DNA from: an uncultured Lachnospiraceae bacterium | Lineage (GTDB): Bacteria > Bacillota > Clostridia > Christensenellales > UBA1242 | Assembly (NCBI GenBank): GCA_964606505.1 | Contig: CAZSGM010000001.1 | Coordinates: forward strand, 18,859 to 82,858 | DNA: 64,000 nucleotides | Direction: 5' to 3' | Shown here: positions 1 through 7,026 of the stretch, one piece after another | Layout: each line of letters starts with the position of its first letter | Position numbering within the stretch: position 1 is the stretch's first letter | Program-made: the position numbers and the translations under genes | Notes under the pieces: generated by a model | What the model was told of the DNA's origin: nothing | The model's database searches: none | The model's input: the letters and a program-made list of their open reading frames with translations, nothing else

Positions 1-599
1 AGTTGAGGATAGGTTGCCAAACTCACCTCATGCAAATTTCCCTCACTATCAAAAGCCCTGTCAATATGCATTTCTCCGTGCAAAAATGCCTTAAAGTCTC
101 TTTCAGTTACAACAAAATTAGCCATTTTTGACACAAGTACCTCATCGTGTTCCGACAAAGTGTGCGGAATTTCCTCAATAAACTTCTCGAATTCCAACTT
201 AAAGTCCGTAAACTTAGGGTTTGCTACAATACTCTTAAGATAGTCGACGCCTGCCAGCTTAAGTTCCTCATCAACAAAGCTACCAATTTCCAAGTAATCC
301 TGATAAACCTGCGAAACTTCGTCGTAAAGTTTTAGCGCATCGCTGTCGTTTGTGTCTAAGTCAAGTTTCAAAGCTGCATACGCCTGCAACGCATCAAATT
401 TGAGACAAATTTCATCGTCAAGTTTTTTATACTCAAGCAGTTTATCCTGATTACTTAATTGACCCTTGTAATTTTCAATTTGCTCCATCTGTTCTTCAAC
501 TTCATCAAGCGCCTCATAACACTCATCATCATTTGCGAAAAATTGCGACAAATCACATCTATATTTTTCGTCAATCTCGTCGCGCGATTTTAATACCAT
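1..599 (-). CDS. pepF: oligoendopeptidase F (M3B family), N-terminal part; gene runs off the window
   Basis: Not in the ORF track because there is no stop in the window. Minus-strand ATG at 597-599, preceded by AGGAG. Translation MVLKSRDEIDEKYRCDLSQFFANDDECYEALDEVEEQMEQIENYKGQL... resembles the PepF N-terminus as recalled. Confidence 0.7.
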   Translation of the reverse strand, partial: MVLKSRDEIDEKYRCDLSQFFANDDECYEALDEVEEQMEQIENYKGQLSNQDKLLEYKKLDDEICLKFDALQAYAALKLDLDTNDSDALKLYDEVSQVYQDYLEIGSFVDEELKLAGVDYLKSIVANPKFTDFKLEFEKFIEEIPHTLSEHDEVLVSKMANFVVTERDFKAFLHGEMHIDRAFDSEGNLHEVSLATYPQ

Positions 600-662
600 A
601 ATAACTCCTATTCCTATAAACTTTGCTGGTTGCACTCAAAAATGTTAAATATTTACACAAAA

Positions 663-1952
663 CTAAGGCAGCAATCTGTTTGGTCCACGGAAGATAAACA
701 TTGCTTCCTTAATCGTTGGAATATCCAACAATAACATTGTAATTCTGTCAAGTCCTAAACCAAAGCCGCCGTGTGGAGGGCAACCATATTTAAAGAATTC
801 AAGATAGAACTCAACGTCTTTCTTCAAGCCCTTCTCTTCTGCCTGCTCTTTCAAAATCTCGTACCTGTGCTCACGTTGTGCGCCCGTTGTGATTTCGACA
901 CCGCGCCAAATCAAGTCATAACCTTGAGGAACGCCGTCCTTTCTCATATGATAGAATGGACGCTGCTTGATGTCGTAATCTGTTACAAACATAAACTCAC
1001 TATTAAATATTTCTTGCGCGAGTTTAAACACTAACTTTTCAGCTTCAGTTGTAAGGTCTCCCTTTTCAATATCGTCGACAATGTAGTCGTATCTTTCCTC
1101 GAGCTCTTGGTAAACATCCTTAAGTTTCATTCTTGGGAACGGTGTTGTAGGGACAACGACTTCCACTCCAAACTCTTTCGCAATAACTTCGCCGTACTCT
1201 TCCTTTACGCATTTGAGCATATAGGTCAAAAGTTCCTCTTCAAGTTTCATAACATCTTCAAACGACTCAATGTAACTAAACTCTATATCAAAGCCTGTAA
1301 ACTCTGTCGCATGCCTTGATGTGTAACTTTGCTCTGCGCGAAAAACTGGGGCACACTCAAATATGCGCTCAAGCCCGCTTGCCATAGCCATTTGTTTATA
1401 AAACTGTGGACTTTGTGCGAGGTATGCCTTTTTGTCAAAATACTTAAGTTCAAAAACATCCGCACCACTCTCACTAGCCGTTGCGATTATTTTTGGCGTG
1501 TGAATTTCAACAAACTTGCGTTCAAGTAAGAAGTTTCTCAAAGCCTTTGTGCAGCAGGTTTGGATTTTGAAAATCAGCGACTTCTTTTCATCTCTTAAGT
1601 CAATCCAACGATAGTCAAGACGCATATCAATTGCGGTCGTTTCGTCAATCGGCGAAACCTCCGCCGCACTCTCAACAACTACACTTGTTGGTAAAATCTC
1701 CTTTCCGCCTGCCTTAACTGCAGGGTTTTCAACAACCTTTCCCTCGATTGTAACAACTGAGTTAACGTTCAACCCAGCAAAAATTTCAGCAATCTCAGGT
1801 TGCTCAGGTTTAACAACCGTAACTTGGATTTTTCCAGTTGTGTCTCTGACAACGATAAACTGCATAGTTTTTTGGTCGCGAATTTTATCTACGAAACCTT
1901 GAATTTTTTGCGTTTCGCCCGCTTTTGTTTCACTAATATAAGTTCTTTGCAT
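663..1952 (-). CDS. aspS: aspartate--tRNA ligase, archaeal/eukaryotic type (about 430 aa class IIb)
   Basis: 429-aa ORF. N-terminal OB fold plus class II motifs (FRAE, GGFGLGLDRITMLLL); its size and C-terminus fit type-2 AspRS rather than the 590-aa bacterial type. Confidence 0.85.
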   Translation of the reverse strand: MQRTYISETKAGETQKIQGFVDKIRDQKTMQFIVVRDTTGKIQVTVVKPEQPEIAEIFAGLNVNSVVTIEGKVVENPAVKAGGKEILPTSVVVESAAEVSPIDETTAIDMRLDYRWIDLRDEKKSLIFKIQTCCTKALRNFLLERKFVEIHTPKIIATASESGADVFELKYFDKKAYLAQSPQFYKQMAMASGLERIFECAPVFRAEQSYTSRHATEFTGFDIEFSYIESFEDVMKLEEELLTYMLKCVKEEYGEVIAKEFGVEVVVPTTPFPRMKLKDVYQELEERYDYIVDDIEKGDLTTEAEKLVFKLAQEIFNSEFMFVTDYDIKQRPFYHMRKDGVPQGYDLIWRGVEITTGAQREHRYEILKEQAEEKGLKKDVEFYLEFFKYGCPPHGGFGLGLDRITMLLLDIPTIKEAMFIFRGPNRLLP

Positions 1953-1984
1953 TTTGTTCTCCTAAATTTTAAAAATCTACCATT

Positions 1985-2013
1985 ATTATACCACAAAACC
2001 ACCGTTTTGGCAA
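1985..2013 (-). promoter_or_regulatory. SigA-type promoter of aspS
   Basis: On the minus strand: TTGCCA (2008-2013), a 17-nt spacer, then TGgTATAAT (-10 at 1985-1990). Confidence 0.6.
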
Positions 2014-2058
2014 ATGTTTGCATTAATTTTGTGTTATTACATTTCGCCTATCTAACAT

Positions 2059-2090
2059 AAAACAAGGCGCAAACCTTTTGCGCCCTGTTT
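2059..2090. repeat. 32-bp direct repeat copy 1 (hairpin GGCGCAA-ACCT-TTGCGCC, terminator-like)
   Basis: AAAACAAGGCGCAAACCTTTTGCGCCCTGTTT is identical to 6866-6897. Stem-loop flanked by A/T runs. Confidence 0.9.
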
Positions 2091-2140
2091 TTAGCTTATT
2101 GTAATACTTACAATTTCATTGTTTCAGTCATTGTGCCGAC

Positions 2141-2200
2141 CTAATTAGTAGTTGTTTCACTTACTTGATTAGTGGCTGTTACATTTACTCGATTAGCATT
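2141..2200. repeat. three degenerate ~21-bp tandem repeats (..T(A/G)ATTAG..)
   Basis: ctaattagtagttgtttcac / ttacttgattagtggctgttaca / tttactcgattagcatttc. Confidence 0.5.
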
Positions 2201-2273
2201 TCTTCATAATAACACAAAATGACACAAACTGCCATTGCGCACATTTTACGTTTTCAATCTCAATGTCAACCAA

Positions 2274-3824
2274 TTATACTTTAATACTATCTAGGAAGTT
2301 TTTTAAATTAGTTAAATCGCTATACGACAACTGAAAGACAAAATTTTCAGCGCAATTCGCGACTTGACTTTCAAAAAAACTAGCCCGCGCTTCATTTTTG
2401 GTTATGCCCAAAATTTTAGTTGCTACTGACACAAATGCGTTTTTAATGTTTGAATTTCTATATATGAGGACGCTCTTCATTGAGTTCTTAACGCTTTCCT
2501 TTAACGTAAATCTAATTAATTTAATGTTATTCAAAGTGTATTCAGTTAAATCGTACAACTCAAGAATAACGTCAAACCTCCCCGAGTACAACTCTTTTGC
2601 TTGTTCGCCAGTAAATACCCCATATTGCACATCTTTATTTGCCATTATCAGCGTTCTTAAATTCAACACATCTTTTAGTTGATATGTAAAATCTATTACA
2701 TAAACGCAATCTTGCGAGTGGCTGAGGGTTTTATTTTCTTTTTGCTTAAGGTAGTTAGATACTGACATTGAGTTGCCATCTTTTTCTTGTTTGTTAAGTA
2801 TAAATAATAAATTATTCTCATTCACTGCATCGTTTTTACATATATGCGACGCTATATCATTAAAATTAACGGCAACTTGGCTGCTGGCCTCTAATGACTT
2901 TTTGCCATGCGTATAAATGTCATACTCCTCGCTATATTCCAGTTTATCAAACGCTTTAGGTAAAATGTTGCAAACATAAAGGTCGCTTCTATAGCCTAGC
3001 GCTTCCGCTTTTTTATAGACATTAAAGTTTGCTATTATTTCCTTAAAGTATACAGAAAGTTTTTGCATAGCGCGTTGCACCTTGTAACCAATCGCGGGAG
3101 AAAGTTCAGCAGACTTATAACACAAGTATATTGTCGCAAATTTATCTTTGGAACATTCAATTGCGCGCAATAAAAATAACGACATCCCAACAGGCGTATA
3201 TGGAGGGTCAGTAAATACAACATCAAAACTTCTTTGAGCAGAAAGTGGACATCCCAACCTAAAATCACTATACAAAACCTTAATATTTAACTTGAAATCG
3301 CGTGCTGCTTGCGCAATAAAATTTAAGACGTCATCATCTATATCTAAAACTTCAATTTTATAATCATTAAACCCCACCTTACTCAACGTATACGCTAAAG
3401 CGATACTTGAAAAATCGTGGTCTCCTAAAAATAAAATTTTGCAGTTTGCAACATCGTGATTGTCAATAATATACTTCGCTCTCTTTACCAATGTTTCTGG
3501 AACCGCAGACACGTGGTCTAAATTCATTTTATGTTTGTCGAATTTAGAAACAATTTTTTCTATTTCCCCGCAAATACTCTCAAAATCAATCTCCTTGCCA
3601 CTAGCAAAATCACTTTGCAATAAATAGTCATCCCTAAACATGTAATGCTCGCCGGAAATTTCGCAATAATCATCCAAAACATCTTTTATAAACTTATATC
3701 CAACCCCCAATTCAAAGCAAAGCGAATGAATATTGTTGTGCTTTTTTGCCTCAGTCAAAATATTGATGGCAACCTTACTTAAACTGCCAAACTTTTCATA
3801 ACATTTTTCTCTTACATTTTCCAT
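2274..3824 (-). CDS. BpsA/DUF43-like Rossmann-fold transferase with an uncharacterised ~210-aa C-terminal extension
   Basis: The ORF-track start is TTG at 3842; ATG at 3824 has GAGG 6 nt upstream. Motifs ILFLGDHDFSSIALA, FDVVFTDPPYT and FNVYKKAEALGYRSD parallel the GDDDLTS / TDPPYT / FN.Y..AE motifs of the DUF43 branched-chain polyamine synthase family as recalled. Confidence 0.55.
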   Translation of the reverse strand: MENVREKCYEKFGSLSKVAINILTEAKKHNNIHSLCFELGVGYKFIKDVLDDYCEISGEHYMFRDDYLLQSDFASGKEIDFESICGEIEKIVSKFDKHKMNLDHVSAVPETLVKRAKYIIDNHDVANCKILFLGDHDFSSIALAYTLSKVGFNDYKIEVLDIDDDVLNFIAQAARDFKLNIKVLYSDFRLGCPLSAQRSFDVVFTDPPYTPVGMSLFLLRAIECSKDKFATIYLCYKSAELSPAIGYKVQRAMQKLSVYFKEIIANFNVYKKAEALGYRSDLYVCNILPKAFDKLEYSEEYDIYTHGKKSLEASSQVAVNFNDIASHICKNDAVNENNLLFILNKQEKDGNSMSVSNYLKQKENKTLSHSQDCVYVIDFTYQLKDVLNLRTLIMANKDVQYGVFTGEQAKELYSGRFDVILELYDLTEYTLNNIKLIRFTLKESVKNSMKSVLIYRNSNIKNAFVSVATKILGITKNEARASFFESQVANCAENFVFQLSYSDLTNLKNFLDSIKV

Positions 3825-3851
3825 AATCGACCTCAAATACAATTAAATGCA

Positions 3852-3881
3852 ATCAAGGATTGCAAAACTGCAATCCTTGAT
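3852..3881 (-). terminator. perfect 13-bp-stem hairpin between the precursor gene and the downstream transferase (attenuator or transcript stabiliser)
   Basis: ATCAAGGATTGCA-AAAC-TGCAATCCTTGAT. The weak T tract on the minus strand suggests partial read-through. Confidence 0.55.
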
Positions 3882-3895
3882 ATCAAAAACACAAA

Positions 3896-4012
3896 TTAGT
3901 TATTGTCTTCTCCTTTCTCGCCATATTCAGCTGAACCATTACGCTCGCCGTCTTGCGGTTTAGATTTTTTACTCATAGTAATTATTTCGATTTTTCCTAT
4001 TTTTTTAATCAT
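3896..4012 (-). CDS. candidate lasso-peptide precursor (38 aa)
   Basis: Below the ORF-track size cutoff. GAGGAGG lies 8 nt upstream of the ATG. Peptide MIKKIGKIEIITM/SKKSKPQDGERNGSAEYGEKGEDNN has Thr at -2, Ser1 and Asp8. It sits directly downstream of the B1 gene. Confidence 0.55.
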   Translation of the reverse strand: MIKKIGKIEIITMSKKSKPQDGERNGSAEYGEKGEDNN

Positions 4013-4059
4013 ATTGTGTTCCTCCTCTTTAGAAAGTATATCACCTGAAAAATAATATG

Positions 4060-4287
4060 TCAAGCGCTTTTAGTAAATATATCACATTCATAAAGTTCTT
4101 CTAATAACTCAATATCTTGATTTTGAGCATTAAAACAAACCTCTCTGCCTTTTGATTTTATCAAAGTAAATATTGGCAAATATTCATCCCCCAACAAATA
4201 AAATTCCCCAGAGTTGAAATCTAATATTACAACATTTTTATCTATAATAACAAAGCTAATATTTGTTGCAATACAAAAATTATACAT
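4060..4287 (-). CDS. PqqD-like RiPP recognition element (lasso B1)
   Basis: 75 aa. FVIIDKNVVILDFNSGEFYLLGDEY fits the PqqD beta-strand pattern. The start overlaps the cyclase stop (ATGTATAA). Confidence 0.65.
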   Translation of the reverse strand: MYNFCIATNISFVIIDKNVVILDFNSGEFYLLGDEYLPIFTLIKSKGREVCFNAQNQDIELLEELYECDIFTKSA

Positions 4288-6214
4288 TAATCACCTCAAC
4301 TTCCGACCTATCTTGCACCTTACTATGTATTTTACACTGTTCCAACATCCATTCTCGCCCCAAATGAATTTCCTTAAGCCATATTTCCAAATAAATCAAA
4401 TTATACATATATTTCATTGCTAAATTAGGCACAAAATGAGGATCAAAAATATTTAACAAAAACACTTCTAATTCGCGCAAAAACTCATCTCTTTTTACGA
4501 TCCCATATTTTGCCAAAAATAGTTCTTTATCGTCCCCCATAAGTTCAGCAAGATTTTTGCTCTCTTTTTTAAATTTTAAAACTATTGAAGGTGCATAATT
4601 TGTTTTGAACTTTTGTTCTGTTATTATATCTGGCAAAATATCTTTGTATGCTTCTCGCAAAACTCTTTTTTGTACATAATATGACCCAACATCACCCTTG
4701 CTTATGTCATAATGTATGTATGGCGGTATTTGTTGAGCTAAAGTATAAATTGATATATCTAACAATGGATGCACAAATTCATATCCATCATTTCGCTCAT
4801 CATCAACAATCCCCTTAGGAAACATGAAATCATAAGCAAATCTTCTAGCCCAAAACTTCAACACTTTACTGTCTCTATAATTATTCCCCTTTTGACTTTT
4901 ATTCGTTTTTTGCATTTCTTTCGTAAAAAATGACGGATACCCTACTTTGTCATCTTCTTTCCAATAATTTTTTCTATAATAGTAGTTATTCAAAAATGGA
5001 ATAAATTGAGCATATTTGTATAAATAATTATCCTTCTTTTGCTGTTTCATTATAGTTTTATGTGCCATAGCCTCTGAACGATTTCCACAATATTTAAACA
5101 CATCTTGACAATACCTAGTGCCCATAAATAGGTAATCTCCGCCATCCCCACCAAACAATAAAGAAACATTGTCCTTTTCTAATTCAGCAGATAAATGATA
5201 CGAGAAACTATCATTTCCTATACAACAAGGTCCGTTAATATTTTTAATATAATCACGCCCCATGACTGCATTGCATATAGAATTGCCACTATTTTGATAC
5301 AAAATTTTGCATTTTACTCCAAGTTTTTTTACTAACTTGCGCACTATTTCAGAATCATTACAACTAAAATATAAAGGATTATTAGATGTTGCATGATAAC
5401 ATATCACCCTGTCTTTATATCCCAAATCAATTAAAGATGCAAGTATAACTGCGGAATCAATGCCCCCACTTAATGAAACGCCTATTGAACCATCACCATA
5501 TGAAAGTACGAACTGATTAACAACACGGTTTAAAGTATCCCGAAACTTTTTATAGTATTGCTCCTTATCCGAAAAATTTAAGAATTCTCCATTGTAAAAA
5601 ATTGCATTGTCATATATGCTTTTATATTGAATATTCCCTTCTTTAATCTTACATTTTACACCATTGGGGATTTTTTTTATTCCACTAAAGTAAGTTTGAG
5701 TATCAAAATTTTCATTATTAACAAATAATTCAGTGTTGGTTAACTTGCACTTGTCAACATTTACTTTAATTGCAACCTCATCGCATAGTAACAATAATCT
5801 TATATCATTTGAAAAGAAAATGCCATCTCCGTTTGTATAATAAAAAAATGCATTAAACCCGTAATAATCATTAAAAATAGTAATTGAATTATCTTTGCTC
5901 GCCATTAACACCGTGTATCTTCCACTGCAACCACCCGTTTCTAATATATGCTCAATATTTTCAATATGATCAATACTATCATTGTTATAAAATTGTTCAT
6001 TATAAAAAACGCACCCATCAACACACATTTGCACCGTACAAATGCTTGCCGTTGATTTTTTTATATTTATATTCATCAAAAAAAACGAACTTTCACATCT
6101 ATTCAACTCTGACATGTCTTCAACAGAAAAATTTAGCCATGCTTTAACTTTTTTAAGCCAATCATTTTCAATTTTGTTTTTATTACGCCCCATATATCCA
6201 AAATAAAGTTCCAT
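4280..6214 (-). CDS. asparagine-synthetase-like lasso peptide cyclase (C protein)
   Basis: PP-loop VSLSGGIDSAV. No N-terminal glutaminase Cys2. The preferred start is the ATG overlapping the B2 stop (TAATG), with GGAG upstream. Confidence 0.8.
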   Translation of the reverse strand: MELYFGYMGRNKNKIENDWLKKVKAWLNFSVEDMSELNRCESSFFLMNINIKKSTASICTVQMCVDGCVFYNEQFYNNDSIDHIENIEHILETGGCSGRYTVLMASKDNSITIFNDYYGFNAFFYYTNGDGIFFSNDIRLLLLCDEVAIKVNVDKCKLTNTELFVNNENFDTQTYFSGIKKIPNGVKCKIKEGNIQYKSIYDNAIFYNGEFLNFSDKEQYYKKFRDTLNRVVNQFVLSYGDGSIGVSLSGGIDSAVILASLIDLGYKDRVICYHATSNNPLYFSCNDSEIVRKLVKKLGVKCKILYQNSGNSICNAVMGRDYIKNINGPCCIGNDSFSYHLSAELEKDNVSLLFGGDGGDYLFMGTRYCQDVFKYCGNRSEAMAHKTIMKQQKKDNYLYKYAQFIPFLNNYYYRKNYWKEDDKVGYPSFFTKEMQKTNKSQKGNNYRDSKVLKFWARRFAYDFMFPKGIVDDERNDGYEFVHPLLDISIYTLAQQIPPYIHYDISKGDVGSYYVQKRVLREAYKDILPDIITEQKFKTNYAPSIVLKFKKESKNLAELMGDDKELFLAKYGIVKRDEFLRELEVFLLNIFDPHFVPNLAMKYMYNLIYLEIWLKEIHLGREWMLEQCKIHSKVQDRSEVEVINV

Positions 6215-6705
6215 TATATATTCTCCAAACAAAATTTTTTAATAATATGATATTCTTTGTAATCAGTAAAATAATTTAATATTTGTTTATCTCCTACTTC
6301 TAACCAAGAATGAGATAGCACCTTTCCGTTTTCAATTTTAACCCCAACGATAATTTGAGAATCCTTATTGGAAAATATACATAACAAATGCGCCAACAAC
6401 GTTATACTTATACAACTTGAAACAATATTATTATGTAAATCTTGCTGCTGGATATATTTTAATATTTTTTTTATTTTCTTAATAGATAATCTACACAAAA
6501 ACTTATATTTATCAACTTTTTTACATAAGTTTAGAGATAGCGATTTAATTGTTTCTATGTATCCCATATTATAGATGGATGCTCTAATTATTTGGTGCAA
6601 CAAAACGCACTGCATTAAACTTGTTTTTATGTATTTCATAAGATCAATTCTAGCATTTCTTTTGCTGTTTGTCAAGTATTTGCCTGCTTTAAGGGTTTTT
6701 AACAA
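6214..6705 (-). CDS. transglutaminase-like cysteine protease (lasso B2); start uncertain (TTG in the track)
   Basis: SSCISITLLAHLL ... SHSWLEVGDKQIL matches the Cys ... HAWVE pattern of lasso leader peptidases. Confidence 0.7.
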   Translation of the reverse strand: MLKTLKAGKYLTNSKRNARIDLMKYIKTSLMQCVLLHQIIRASIYNMGYIETIKSLSLNLCKKVDKYKFLCRLSIKKIKKILKYIQQQDLHNNIVSSCISITLLAHLLCIFSNKDSQIIVGVKIENGKVLSHSWLEVGDKQILNYFTDYKEYHIIKKFCLENI

Positions 6706-6865
6706 GGCATTTCCACAGCATAAACTAACATTCTCAATGCAACCTTATAAAAAACATTTTCGATATAAATGGCTTTTTGAGTTTTGCTATTTATATTGCC
6801 ATAGTACTATGTTTACTAAAGCACTTTTGTTTCTCGATTTAAGCGACCATTGTACTTATAAAAAC

Positions 6866-6897
6866 AAAACAAGGCGCAAACCTTTTGCGCCCTGTTT
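6866..6897. repeat. 32-bp direct repeat copy 2 (terminator-like hairpin downstream of the MMPL gene)
   Basis: Identical to 2059-2090. Confidence 0.9.
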
Positions 6898-7026
6898 AAA
6901 ACGAGAATGATTGTATTGCTTTATGTTGTATTTTATATTTTTATCTGTTTTGTATTTTGAAAACAATACTATATTTTGTTTTATTGCTTATCTACACTAT
7001 GCGTTAAGACAAGCCAAATTTATTTG

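Noticed and set aside
147-335. 62-aa plus-strand ORF.
   Set aside because: It is antisense to the pepF coding frame, which is open across 1-599 and gives a family-typical N-terminus.
1953-2058. T-box leader upstream of aspS.
   Set aside because: Only ~30 nt lie between the promoter -10 and the SD, which is far too short for a T-box.
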